Below are positions 38,501 through 52,500 of a stretch of 64,000 nucleotides of DNA, in pieces. The position numbers and the translations under genes are program-made. The stretch comes from Mytilus trossulus. Taxonomy: Eukaryota. The stretch spans positions 10,602,001 through 10,666,000 of the forward strand of contig NC_086383.1 in NCBI RefSeq assembly GCF_036588685.1, written 5' to 3'. The notes below the pieces were generated by a model, which ran no database searches, was not told the DNA's origin, and worked only from the letters and a program-made list of their open reading frames with translations. Within the stretch, counting starts at the first letter, position 1, and every line of letters begins with the position of its first letter.

Positions 38501-41500
38501 TCTCTCTCTGGTTTCATTTTTTTTCCTCATTCTTGAAAAAAAAAGATTTTGAAGACTAGTTTCATAAATTGATTAATATACAACATATCTGTAAAGTACT
38601 CGTTCCTAAAATTTCAGAAAAAAATTATTTGATTTAAAGTGCACTTTTTTTATCATTCAGTGTATTGTTGATGACGTGGTTTGAAATTGAAATGAAACAT
38701 GCATTTAATTGTTGAAAATTCAATTGCCCATTCCAGCTAAACATTTAAAATCCGAGTAAGTTTTGTTATACAACTTGATACATGTTTCCGTTGAATACAA
38801 CTTTAAAGCAATAACAAAGCTTTGATAGAAACATGCACGTCACAGTGCGTGTGCAATAAAACCAAAGGATTGGGCTTAATATAAAATATTAAGCAAAGAA
38901 TACCAATGGTTTATTACGACTCAAACTAAGTCTCATAGATAGTGTGTTCATTAAGCTTACCATTTTTAACTACATTTTCTTTTAAAGTAGTGCATGCAAT
39001 TGAGAATTAAATTTGATGAAATAATTTAAAGATTAACAGAAGAAATTTACGCAAATTATAATGCTTTTACGTAAACATACTTTCAAATCTTAAAGTATAG
39101 TTTTACTTCATTTAAAATACGCCACTTTCAAGATATGGTCGTAATATCCATCATAAAAAATTAATAGCTGGAAAATTTTGAAGGTATACTGCACAAAATA
39201 TTTGGGAAATTAAAATATAGTAATTTGGTCATCTTCCCATCAGTCGTACGCCGGAACATAACGCATGTCTTGACTACCCTGAAGAATGTGACCCTGTAGG
39301 CGATTTACACTTTACTAGTGCAGGGATTAAAGCGAGCCTTTTATATGAAATTGTCGTCATTGGGGCGCGCTAATTGATGATATTTTTCCGATTAAAAGAA
39401 ATAATTCGATAAGTCGAGACTAAGCTTATTGTCGCGATTCATTACCACTTTTTGTCAAAATAATCCCGTAATTCTCAATAAAAGGCAAATCTGTTTATAT
39501 CTTTTATCAATATAATAAAATAGTCATAAAATGTTTATCCATACAATGCTTTGAATTATTTCTATTTTGAATATGTGTAGGTTTAAACATTTTATTGCGA
39601 TCCTTGAGAAATGATCAACCTTTTTCAAATTGAAAATAAAATAGCAAAAAGCCTTCCCAGGCATAGAAATTCTAAATATTGATGAGTATAATACACATTG
39701 ACTATTTTGGTTGAATGAATAGAACAGATAATTATCATACATGTACAATGCTATTAAAACTTTTTTTTTAATATCTCAGTGGGTAAAAGTTCTAAATCAT
39801 ACATGTAACATGGCTCATCAATAACTAAATTCGAAAAGGCAAATTACAAACACATGTATATCAATAATCAGAGTCAAATAAAACTAAAATGTAAAAACTG
39901 TATTTAGTCCGCGCTTAATATGTTTTGACTCAACTTAATTGAATTGCAACTCAAGTATTTAGTAATGATTTACATCGGAGGAGATGTTGTTTCAAATTTG
40001 AACAAAAGGATTTGAAATTGCTAGCGTTAGTAACTCATTATCTAGGTATAATAATGACATGTTATACAATGCTTGAAAAGAAATCATTTGCATTTACATA
40101 AAATATGCATTGTGTTGCTATGTTTTATAGTTGTTGTGATTTCCATTTTGAACCTGTGTAAGTTTAATAAATTGCTAACGTGCATCGGAGAATGATTGAC
40201 TTTTTCAAAATTGAAAAAAAACGCAAAAATTCGCCCAGGGCATATAAATTTAAAAATATATGAATGTAATTCACACATAATGAATAATTAATCAAAGCGG
40301 ATATATCATTTATGTACAATTAAGGCTATTGAAACCTTTTCTCATTATCTGGGAGGGACAAAAACTAAAATTATACATGTGACATGTTTCATCAATTACT
40401 GAATCTTCAAAGTGAATACATGATACACGTGTATATCTCGTGTGAGTTTCATTATCATGTGAGAGGAAAGTCTATAAACCAGTCACATGTTTTGAAAGAA
40501 ATTGTTTGCTAGCGACAGCTGTATGATTAATATGTTCTCTATTGATTACATGTATTTACATGAAGCGATAAAATATAGCCCATTTTTATAAATGAAAAAA
40601 GGGAACTTGCAACTTTAATTAAGTCAATGATATAAGGCAATTCATCTATAATTAAATTATTTACACTGTTTTAGAGTTAAACATGGTTTAAGTGGTCTCA
40701 TATTACCAAAGTATTGGTGGCTGATCTACATTTTTTTGTATCCAGAAACAAAAACCGAGTAATATTCACATAAGAGCAAGCAAGTCCGAAAACAGCAAAT
40801 AAATACTATTATAGTTAAAAAAAGTTTCAATGGAAACATTATATACATTTTGTATCATGCACATGATACAGCAATTCCTTTGAGAATATCAACTATATTG
40901 GTATCGTTATGTTGGTGTTACTTGGATCTGTTGCTATATCATTAACGTGTTGCTATTCCGTTGATATACGAACTCTGATATTGAGAAAAGTATACCAGTG
41001 TTTTATTACGACTGAAAATCGTATAGATAGTGTTTATTGCTTTAAATATCAACTTACTTTGGTTTAGTGGTGGGACATGAACTTGAAAAAACATGTTTTT
41101 TTTAAATAAAGCAGAACATGTACTCAATCTTTGAACAGTTGCACAAATGTGTTGTTTTTTAATTCCATATGTTATTCAAAACACGCCAATTAAGGCACCA
41201 TGAATCATTTCTAAACTACCATGTATAATCATGATCCTGTATTAGCTTATTTGTAACTCAAAAAGCGCATGGGTACAGGCGCATCTTCTATATGTTAAAT
41301 GGCGTCAGAATGGCATGCGTAATTGATTATATGATTCCGAAAAACACGATTCGATAAGTCGAGACTTAGACTATTGTCGTGTTTCATTAACAATTATAAA
41401 TAAAATCCTTCAATTTTCAGTTGATGACAAATTTGTTTAATATTTTATCCATATAACAAAGAAATCATAAAATGTAAATGCATGAATTGCTATATTTTAT

Positions 41501-41805
41501 AGTTGTCATTTCTATTTTGAAAATGTGTAGGTTTAGCCATTTTACAACGGGCCTGGAGACATGATTAACATTTTTTCAAATCGAAAATAAAACACAAGAA
41601 ACCTTCCAAGGCATACCAATTCTATTTCTATTTAAATTTAATACAGAAATAATTATTTTGCCTGAATGAATATTTAATGATACAGGTAATATCATTCATG
41701 AACAATGCTATTGAAACCACTGATTCATTATCTCGTTGGGAAAAGTAGTAAAAACATACATGTAACATGGTTCATGAAGTACAGAGTCCGTATAGTTGTT
41801 AATTC

Positions 41806-41861
41806 TTTTTATACGACCGCAAATTTTGAAAAAATTTTCGTCGTATATTGCTATCACGTTG

Positions 41862-41896
<35 letters not shown>

Positions 41897-43929
41897 CGAA
41901 TACTTTTAGTTTTCGCACTCTAACTTTAGTAAAAGTGAATATAAATCTATAAAATTTTATCACAAGGTTTATGACCACAAAAGGAAGGTTGCTATTGATT
42001 TTGGGAGTTTTGGTCCCAACATTTTAGGATTTAGGGGCCAAAAAGGGCCCAAATAAGCATTTTCTTGGTTTTCGCACTATAACTTTAGTTTAAGTTAATA
42101 GAAATCTATGAAATTTTGACACAAGGTTTATGACCACAAAAGAAAGGTTGGGATTGATTTTGGGAGTTTTGGTCCTAACATTTTAGGAATTAGGGGCCAA
42201 AAAGGGTCCAAATAAGCATTTTCTTGGTTTTCGCACTATAACTTTAGTTTAAGTTAATAGAAATCTATGAAATTTTGACACAAGGTTTATGACCACAAAA
42301 GAAAGGTTGGGATTGATTTTGGGAGTTTTGGTTTCAACAGTGTAGGAATTAGGGGCCACAAAAGGGCCCAAATAAGCATTATTCTTGGTTTTCGCACAAT
42401 AACTTTAGTTTAAGTAAATAGAAAATAATGAAATTTAAACACAATGTTTATGACCACAAAAGGAAGGTTGGTATTGATTTGGGGAGTTTAGGTCACAACA
42501 GTTTAGGAATTAGGGGCCAAAAAGGGACCCAAATAAGCATTTTTCTTGGTTTTCGCACCATAACTTTAGTATAAGTAAATAGAAATCTATGAAATTAAAC
42601 ACAAGGTTTATGAGCATGAAAGGAAGGTTGGTAATGATTTTGGGAGTTTTGGTCCTAACAGTTCAGGAATAAGGGGCCCAAAGGGTCAGAATTAAACTTT
42701 GTTAGATTTCATCAAAATTGAATAATTGGGGTTCTTTGATATGCCGAATCTAATTGTGTATGTAGATTTTTAACTTTTGTCCCTTTTTCAAATTGGTCTA
42801 CATTAAGGTCCAAAGGGTCCAAAATTAAACTTCGTTTGATTTTGACAAAACATTAATCGTTTGTGTTCTTTGATATGCTGAATCTAAAAATGTACTTATA
42901 TTCTTGATTATAGGCCCAGTTTTCAAGTTGGTCCAAATCGGGGTCCAAAATTAAACTTTGTTTGATTTCATCAAAAATTGAATAAATGGGGTTCTTTGAT
43001 ATGCCAAATCTAACTGTGTATGTAGATTCCTCATTTTTGGTCTTGTTTTCAAATTGGTCTACATTAAAGTCCAAAGGGTCCAAAATTAAACTTAGTTTGA
43101 TTTTAACAAAAATTGAAATCTTGGGGTTCTTTGATATGCTGAATCCAAACATGTACTTAGATTTTTGATTATGGGACCAGTTTTCAAGTTGGTCCAAATC
43201 AGGATCTTAAATTATTATATTAAGTTTTGTGCAATAGCAAGTCTTTTCAATTGCACAGTATTGCGCAATGGCAAGAAATATCTTATTGCAAAATATTGTG
43301 AAATAGCAATTTTGTTTTTAATGAGAGTTATCTTTCTTTGTCCAGAATAGTAAGCAAGAAATATATAATTTTAAGATTTTATTTTATTTGGAGTTATCTT
43401 TCTTTGTCCAGAATCAACTTAAATCTTTGTTATATATACAATATACAATGTATATTCACTTTTTACTACCAACTGATAAATTAAAATAATCTTTACCATT
43501 CAGTGATAACAAGCAGTTTTTTTACATCTTAATATTTTATGATGTATTTAAATGAGTAGTTATTGTTGCAAACTCCATTAGAAATTTTAATTAAGATTAG
43601 TTTTGGAATAAGGGAAAGGGGGATGTGATTAAAAAACTTGGGTTCAATTTTCTCATTTGAAATTTCATAAATAAAAAGAAAATTTCTTCAAACATTTTTT
43701 GGAGAGGATTAATATTCAACAGCATAGTGAATTGCTCTAAGAGAAAACAAAAATTTTTAGTTCATTAGAACACATTCATTCTGTATCAGAAACCTATGCT
43801 GTGTCAACTATTTAATCACAATCCAAATTTAGAGCTCAATCCAGCTTGAATGTTGTGTCCATACTTGCCCCAACCGTTCAGGGTTCAACCTCTGCGGTCG
43901 TATAAAGCTACGCCCTGCGGAGCATCTGG
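41806..43929 (+). mobile_element. Complete Helentron-associated non-autonomous element (HINE; pearl/MgE/DINE-1-like architecture), U3 only
   Basis: 5' subTIR TTTATACGACCGCA (41808-41821); (GTC)n 41863-41895; ~160-bp repeats at 41910/42069/42228/42389/42550; ~125-133-bp repeats at 42688/42821/42946/43081; 3' subTIR TGCGGTCGTATAAA (43893-43906) plus terminal hairpin; inserted in a T-run; empty site in U2 ~24870. Confidence 0.9.
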
Positions 43930-44210
43930 TTTAGTCTGCGTAGGTTTAGATATTGTATTATGTACTTGGAGAAATGATTAACCTTTTCCACATTTCAAAT
44001 AAAACACCACAAATCTTCCAAGGCATATCAATTCTAAAATATATCAATGAAGTATGCCATCATTGTTATGCCTGCATATGATATTTAATACAACAGGTAA
44101 TATCATTCATGTACGCGGCTATTGAAACCATTGTTTCATTATTTAAGGGGAGTAGTTAAATAAGACATATAACATATTTAATCAATTACAGACTCCTCAT
44201 AGTCACATGA

Positions 44211-44635
44211 ACCCCAAGGGTGACTGGGGTATAGAAATATGGTCACTTGGTCTTCTCACGACTGGCAGTAAAACGCTTGCTGAAGTGGGGCGTCCGTTTG
44301 GCTGTGCGGGATGTATCAAGTTCGCAGTCACGTCCGGTCAGAAGGAGGACGTTAAATCCGATGCCTCGTGTAAAGAGAGTGCCACGCTCTTTGAACGTTA
44401 AGAACCCGTGCAACAACTCTTTGAGGGGTCCTTAGGTGGCCTGTTGCAAGGCAAAATATCTGTCTCTATCCAATATTCCCTCATTTTCCAGTGGCAGTCC
44501 AAATTTCCCCAACCGTCATCCTGTATTATAACAACCTACCTATTGTATTTATTGTTACCTTGTTCTCGTCCTGAAAATGCATGAAATATTTGCCACTGGA
44601 CGTTAAGCAATGAACAATCAATCAATCAATCAATC
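44211..44635 (+). mobile_element. 5'-truncated SINE with Deu/Nin-like domain, same insertion event as 25158-25522
   Basis: TSD AGTCACATGA (44201-44210, 44638-44647); (CAAT)n tail; identical 5' breakpoint to the U2 copy. Confidence 0.8.
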
Positions 44636-46639
44636 AAAGTCACATGACATTCACGTGGATATCTATATTCAGATACAATGAATTATTTATCAAATGTTCC
44701 AGGCTTCTAATTTATTATGCCAGACGTATTTATAAACTGTATATTGTGTGCGTCTTTGACTTAAAGGGGCCTCAGTGGCCAAGTAGATGAAGTAGAGGTA
44801 TTACTGTAATCAATAGCCAGTCAATACTGAGGATATGATTTCGTATCCTGTTCGACTTTAATGTAAGATGACTACGGTTTTCAGTTGGTGGGGTTCTTCA
44901 TATACTCTTCCACCCATTAAAACTGACCGCCACGAAATAGTACAAAAAGTGGCGCTTACCAGTGGCGTTTAAACACACAAAAATAACCAATCAATGTTAC
45001 ACTTGTGATGACTTTATTTAACCTGGGGTTACTAGCATTCTGGTTGATTGATTCAAATTGCAATTCCAGTATTTAGTTTTGTTCCAAATTGGTAGAATTG
45101 TTCTTGTCTAACAATCAAACATAAACACAAATCTCCATTTTTCATTTATAGTGCAATTATCTGGTGTATATACCAAGTAAAACCGTGACTGAAAGAAAAA
45201 CAAATATTCTATTTTGTTTCTAAGACATTATTCGTGAACAATTGTTTAAGACCAACATTTGTTTGATCTTTTTTCTTCAAAATCACTGTCATATCCCGTG
45301 ATGTCCGTTTTGGTTTGGTGACAATGTTATTTTTTATATAAAGAATCATGACATTGTTGTTTAGAACATAAAACTACAGGGATAAAGGGAAGGAGGGATG
45401 GCTGTTTATTGTTCAGTTGCAAATGTATACTCAGGACTAGAATTTGATGTTATATTATATGAAAATAAATCCTGCATTGTACTAGACAGACATTCTGAAT
45501 TGGATTTTAAATGCGCTTCTTTACAAAGTAACAGGACGCGAGAAAACATGTCACTCTCTTTGAATACATTATTCCGACTCTGAGTCGACCAGTCTTTTTC
45601 TCTTACTCTTAAATGCCGCTTGTTTACGGATAATCCAAATTTCAAGTCATTGATTTGGACCGACTATTACGTGACCACCGACGACGCATCACGACTGTTG
45701 CACAGGTAATCTTTCTTTAATGCTATTTTAAACGATTGAAGCACATTGTTTTGATAAAATTATCACTTTTAACAATAACATTTAGTTCATTCTCCTGGAA
45801 AATTGAATTCTTATTTTTAATCGAATTTTAAATTTGTTATCGCGTCGTTATTTTACACGTTAAAGACATTTTAACAGCTAGTGAGAGTTTTCTTTACGAA
45901 AGTGTTGTACTTTCAGTTATAATTACCTATCACGTGCACAGTGCGGGAGTAATGATTCTTATTATTTTAACATATAACATTATTTGGTTCTCTAAATGGT
46001 TTTGTGTTAGCATTGATATTGAATGTTAATCCAGAAAAAAATCATTTGACCCACGAGCATTGTGAAATGCTACTTTCATGTTAATGCTGTATGTTAAGAT
46101 AATCAAATTTAAAAAAAAAGTGATTTGTCTTCCAAAATGAGTTAAAATTACTTTGGATTTTGCCCTGTCCCATATAGTGGGAGATATTAGCAGGCAAAAT
46201 CGAGGGAATTGTGCAAATGATGATACAAGCATGGAAATTACCACAAAGCATCATTATTATATACTTTTTAAGAAACAATTGCTGGCCATTAAAAAAAATC
46301 ATTTTTTCAAGATGGCCACGGCCTTTTTCTAAAATGGCTGTTTTTACAGTTTAAAAATACTGATTTTTTTCTGGAAAACTTTTCTTTTACCTTCCTTTAG
46401 TTAAAACAGCTATAAAATGTGATAGGCACCTTCCTTACACGTGAACAATTTACTAGAAATGAATATTTAACATAAACAGGGTTTGCGCATGCGCGAAAAT
46501 GTATCAAAATTCATAAAAAAAACATTAAAACTATTTACTATAAAATTAGTGTTTTGGGATTTTCAATTATCTTATGATTTGGTTTGATAACATTTTTCAA
46601 GGTTATGATACACAGGATTTAACAATTTTGCTCATGCGA

Positions 46640-47205
46640 AAACTGCACAAGGTCATGTATTTCTTTGGCTGTTTATGACGTCTTAATACTAACTCCATTG
46701 GGTGTTGGATGTGTAAGGATTGATTGTTTAGTCGTAGATGCACGATTTTTTTATTAGTTGTTAGTGGCTTTGAACTAGCTGCCAGATAACTGCAAGTACT
46801 CTCAGATCTGTTCAGTGTGTCTTTTTGTGTTGGGATGTATAAGTACCCGGCCACGTCCACTTGTTTTGTATTTTTGTCCATCTGATGAGCTAAGCCTTTT
46901 CAACTGATTTTTATAGTTTTCATGCTGTACTGTTATACCACTGTCCCAGGTTATGGAGAGGGTTGGGATCCCTCTTACATGTTTAACCCCGCCACATTAT
47001 GTATGCATGTGCCTGTCCCAAGTCAGGAGCCTGTAATTCAGTTGTTGTCGTTTGTTTATGTGTTACATATATATTTGTTTTTTTATTCATTGTTTTACAT
47101 AAATAAGGGCGTTAGTTTTATCGTTTGAATTGTTTTACATTGTCTTATCGAGGTCTTTTGTGGATAGCTGTCTCATTGGCAATCAAACCACATCTTCTTT
47201 TTTTA
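46640..47205 (+). mobile_element. Interspersed repeat nested in the Academ element (same family as 60441-61004)
   Basis: 46727-47205 is the reverse complement of 60441-61004 (GTACCCGGCCACGTCCACTTG, CCTGTCCCAAGTCAGGAGCC, TCTCATTGGCAATCA.ACCACATCTTC). Confidence 0.75.
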
Positions 47206-47329
47206 TATTTATAGACAAAAAGAGCGATTTTTATTCAATACCAGGGCACACTGGTATAATTCGTATAGCTTATCTCATTACTCTAAAAATCGAGGCTCTT
47301 GTAGAGCTGTTCAAGTAAGTGTAACATCC

Positions 47330-49530
47330 ATGATGCCACTGTTTAAAAACAAGCTCATTCAGTTGCAATGATCAGGTATTCGATGGATAAGGCGAAACAT
47401 GTGGTTAATACGGGATAAACATCAATATCAACAGCAGATCAGCCACTTTTGGTAAAAGCTATTCAGTGGGAATGGCCTGATTTGTACGCAGAAGATAAGT
47501 GTATCGTCGTGTGAGGTGGATTGCACATTGAAATGACTTGTTATAAAACTCTGGGAGATATATTACGTAATAGTGGATGGACAAGTGTCCTCACTTAAAC
47601 CAATATAGACACTCGCATCAGATAACTGTATGTGTTTTGCTTGAATTGTATATATCGACTTAAATAAGCTAAACACAGAAATTATAATGATGTCATGACT
47701 CTGTGACGTCCAATCATTTGATAGACTGGTGTAAGGAAATAAAGTAATCTAAACCACAGTTTAATTCCTGGCGTTCAAAAAAAAGTCTGATTTTGTACAA
47801 ACAGTCCATATAAAGCATGATGCCGTATTTATATAGGTCTTGATCGTGTAAATTATTCTCAATCGTTACCGGTTCGACCTTCTCCAAGATATGGCTTCCC
47901 TTTCTAACATCACCCACAGGTGGCAATTGATTTTGAAAATGATAATTGCACTGTACGTAAGATCAGCAAATATTTTGCTTATAGCACAATTGATCAGGCA
48001 AAAAACCCCAGAAAATTGCAACTGTGAAAGGCTATATTGTTGTCATAGGTTTAACCGAAGATCCCTTTTTAGACATATGGACGGTAGCTGGACCAGAAGT
48101 CGACTATCAGATGAATTTGAAAGATCTCGTGGTTTGAGGCATTCTATAACATATGAACCACTTAATGAACACTCTACCAAAGCACAAAAGGATTTCTTTA
48201 AAAAGATCAAAGGCAACCAATACGAAGGAGAACCTGTTTCTTATAACCAGATCAAAAAGAACAACTTCCTATTATGTCCGTAAAATAAAACTGTTAACGT
48301 CTTTGTCAAAAACAAAGCTAGAGAACCTTAAAAGTGATTGCGATATCTTTTCTAGACTTATATTTCTTGTCACAGTAGACAAATTAACTTGGAATATATC
48401 TTTATCCATAAAAAATAAACTGCTTCTCCGTTTTTGTCTCATGACGTCACTTTAAACAGTGGTATTAAATCGGTGCAAATGGGTATACTTAACATTTTGC
48501 GATTAGCTGATCCAAATTCTGACGCATTTATCGTTGGTTGGGCAGCAATTGTTTGTTCCAGGCCACCTTCTTGAGCAACACTATTTGATGATTTCGCAAA
48601 TGATGTCATACTGCCTTACATACAAACTTGTATCGATAATTAGTCAAGAGTAGATACTGTATTTGATGTTAATTAAATAATTAATTTAAGGCTAGATGTG
48701 ACAAGACAAGGTTCTTGTGCTAGACAGAAAGATGTTGGTTCTGGTAGAACACCAGGGGAGTAGTTTTCTCTGTGAAGATGACAACGAAACGAAATTTTTC
48801 AAGTTTCTTGCCGACAGAATTGCTTCTTTAAAGACTTATAAGGATACTTTCCAGCAACCCCTTGTAATCAAGGAGAAGCAGATACACGTATGTTTGTCCA
48901 TGTTCGGCTTGCTTCCTGTGCGTGACATATAAAATGCGTTTGGTCCTCGTGTAGCTACTATTCCTTTAGTTCATGCATTCAGTGGATGTGATACTTTATA
49001 GGATTTTCGTTGGAAAGGGAACAGGTCAGTTTGGATGACATGGGAAGTATTTCAAGATGTAAGGGACGTTTTTTTCTTCTTTGCTAGGTATAAAGACACA
49101 TACACGGACATCATAGAAGCATCTGTTCAAGTTGCATCATTAATGACAGAACAACATCAACATTTGCTGTTCATGAGGCGCGATGTAAATTGTTACTCAG
49201 GAAGCAGCGGCATTGTGATGCAGTTCCGCCTACAAGAGTTTTTCTCTCGGAGCACATTCAAGGAAAAACATATTAAGGAGGACAAGTTTGGGCTCAATCT
49301 GATTTATGTATTCGACAGGTAAATGTATCAAGTCATGAACACTGGAGTTGGATGAAAGAAAAAAATCGATGGCAGTTGGAAACCAAAAAGGACTTCGACT
49401 GCCGTTACATCCGCCTGTCAGGAACTTGTGAAATGCGAAGGCAAAACATCTAGCTTTTTTTTGACAACTGTAAATGCTACCGTTCTGTCCTTCCTTGTAC
49501 GGGTTTTTGTATTGGCTACTGTCAGATTAT
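47330..49530 (+). pseudogene. Academ-like transposase / XPG nuclease / Cys-rich ORF remnant
   Basis: Fragments AHSVAMIRYSMD..TADQPLLVKAIQWEWPDLYAEDKCIVV*GGLHIEMTCYKTLGDILRNSGWT, PCNQGEADTRMFVHV, HAFSGCDT..F.WKG...WMTWEVF and CQELVKC..NCKCYRSVLPCTGFC; many stops and frameshifts. Confidence 0.8.
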
Positions 49531-52500
49531 TATTAGATAACCAACCTGTCTATCTAACAAAACTAGGCATGTAAAGTTAACAAAAAATGTGATATCACTT
49601 GTTAAGTTGATGGAAATAAAAAATAAATACATTTTCAAATTTGCCGCCATTTTGGAACCGGAAGTCACGCTTTTTGTCATTTATGTGTTGTTTTGTCGTA
49701 GTTTAGTAACCTTTATTTAAGTTTTATCAAAACTTACATTGGATTATACCAATAACATAGCTTTTAAGGATTTACGAAATTAAGCCAATTGCAAAATGAT
49801 CAGTGGCCATCTTGAAAAAATGAAATTTTTTTATGGCCAGCACCTGATTTTTTTTAATTATCATTTAGTCAACCTGTATACCAAATTTCATGCTTGTATC
49901 ACGATTTGCACAATTATGTCCATAATATCTCCCACTAATACGATATTTACAATCCCATGTTTTCTAAATCAAATTGCAAAGTATATTAAATATCAACAGC
50001 AGATAAACAATGATTTTATTAAGTCCCATGTAATTCTACACATTTTTGTTGTAAACAAGACACGGTAATTTTAAGGAGAAGCGGCGGCCCAATGAGTGTT
50101 TTACAAATTAAAAGTGTCAAGTGTTTGTACATTTAACTTCAAAACTCGCTGTTTAAGAATCAGGAACATGAAAACAATCAGCAAACATGTTTTATCTGTT
50201 TCTCTTGTTTTCAGTCCAGATGTATATTTTACATAATATTCTAAACGTAGATCATAGATATGGGATTACTTCCTCTAGCCAGTCTGGACATTGTCATAAT
50301 AAAATTCCAAACGACATTTATATAGTTCATAAATAAAGAACCAACATCGTCATGATCGTTTAGGTTATAATAATGAGAAAAATGTCCTAATCTAGAATAA
50401 ATGTAGTACATTGTCAATTGATAGATAATACAAAAGTGTCTAATATACAATATAAATTTGAGAGTATATTGGATGTGATTTAATTTGTCGAAAAAAACAA
50501 ATTAAAAAGAGAGTACAATTTTGAAGACATTACTTCAGGGATTTCGTTAACATTAAGCATAGTTTGTCTTTCAACTATATCTTCATTGGGTGTATATTAT
50601 TATAATGAACAGCTGGTTTATTGGGATAATTCTGCCATTTAACTTATAATTAAATCAGCTAGAAAATAAACTTCAAAATTGAAAAAGAAATTCAACTATT
50701 TGACCTTGATGCACACAACCTGCAGTCGGTTAACATCGCATGGTTTTTGCTGGATGAATACAGGGTTGACAATGTTTTCTCTGGGGTAACAATCTGTTTC
50801 GAGCACCCTCTCAGCACTATGTTATTCAAATTTTTCATTCTGAATTTTCTGTTACTACCGTCTATTCTATTTCAAATAAGCAGAAAACTATCCGTATTTG
50901 ATAAAAAAAAATGTCAAGCATCACAGTGAAAGGAATTATAACATGTATAAGCTATAGGATAAAAGTATATGAACTCCCTCGTACTGACCAATCAACATAT
51001 GGCATTTTTACATGAACTATACCAATATACATAGATAGCCCCCATAGGTATGTTATCATTTGGTTAACACACACATCTGTAAAGTCCAAATTTTGATATC
51101 GTCTGATCACTCGGTTTCTTTTATGTCTTTATATCTTCCGAAGGTCGCATGCTATTTGTTGACTATTATATCATCACTCGTGCTGTCACAACATATTGTT
51201 TTTGACTTTTTCATTTCCTAGAAATAATCGTTTCAGTTTCTGCTCAGTAACGTTCTCCACGTTTTAGGTTAATAGTTTTGAAATAGCAATTAAAATTTCT
51301 AAGAGCTTAGGTCATATTCAATAATTACTTTTTCCTTTTTTATATTTTTGTGAATAATTACTTGATGAATTGTTTACAAAATTCTGTGAAAATAAATCGT
51401 TTTTCGTTCCTATTTTGCTGAAAAGGAATGGTCCGTTCTTTAGTATTACGTTATCTCTCTCTTTTAAGTTTTCGACATTTATTCTGATCTCCTAGCCTTT
51501 GTTCGCTTTAAAATTCTCTGATTGAATGATTTCACAAATGAACTATCTCGGAAATTATGTATAGTCTGAATTGATTGATAAATGTTTTTCATCCATAAAT
51601 TTAACTTTATATTGTGAATACTAAAGGATCCAGATTCTTTGGTGACAAGAACTCAATACTGAATTACATCGTAAATTCAAATTGTATGAATTGTGTTAGA
51701 AAATAGATTAAGGTTTGTCAACTAGAATATTCTATGTTATACTTTTTCATTTAATGAAATTGCCTGAGAGACGCATAGGGTAATTAAATTTTAAGACCGT
51801 TATGATCAGGTTAGAGCAGTGTCGAATGATTTTTTTTTAAATATTTTGAAAATATACATGATATAGTTAGGTGGAAAATTAGGAAAAGTCCCGAAAGATT
51901 AATTTTAATTGTTTAAAAATATATTAAGGGAGCAAAGTTAGAGAAGTCTCGAATGATTGCATTTTATTTTAACAGCAGGATTCAAAGTTAGAGAAGTCCC
52001 GAATAAATCCTTTTGAAAATAATGAGATGATTCCAAGAGGTCAAAGTAAGAGTCCCGAATGATTCATTTTAAATTGATTGAGAAGGTACCAATGATGCAA
52101 TTATCAGTATTTACAAGCAGAGGCGGATCCAAAGAGGGAGGTTTTCCGCTGTAAGACCCCCCTTTTTCTTTACAATTAATAGTTTCCCAAAAAATATCCT
52201 ATAAGAACACATGATTGGACTCCCTCTTCCACTTTTAAATACACAACATCCTATGACAAACAATTTACAAAACACTGCACATAATAAAAAAGCAACACGA
52301 ATCAAACCTAACACCACTACTAACCCCTGTTAACCCAGTGCCGATTTAAAAATAAATGTATATACCATTAAAAATGCACTCAATTCATTTGTTCTACGAG
52401 ATAAAACTACACAAAAGGATTTGTTTTCTTGAAATCAATTTTCATAATAAGAAAAGATGTATGTTTACGTCGACGACTATGCAATCCAACAACAAAAAAT

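Larger units (their letters stand above)
46175..49937 (+). mobile_element. Academ-type (XPG-domain, AcademX-like) DNA transposon, decayed, U3 only
   Basis: TIR TAGTGGGAGATATTA / TAATATCTCCCACTA plus subterminal IRs; 3-bp TSD ATA (46172-46174, 49938-49940); empty sites in U1 ~10290 and U2 ~27525; internal transposase remnant. Confidence 0.8.

Noticed and set aside
41705-41923. Poly-Val membrane peptide ORF (and the poly-Gly ORF at 34942, poly-Pro ORF at 6879)
   Set aside because: These are translations of the (GTC)n microsatellite and of homopolymer runs.
41910-43200. CRISPR-like array
   Set aside because: Whole monomers repeat with no unique spacers, no cas genes are present and the context is eukaryotic; these are HINE internal satellites.
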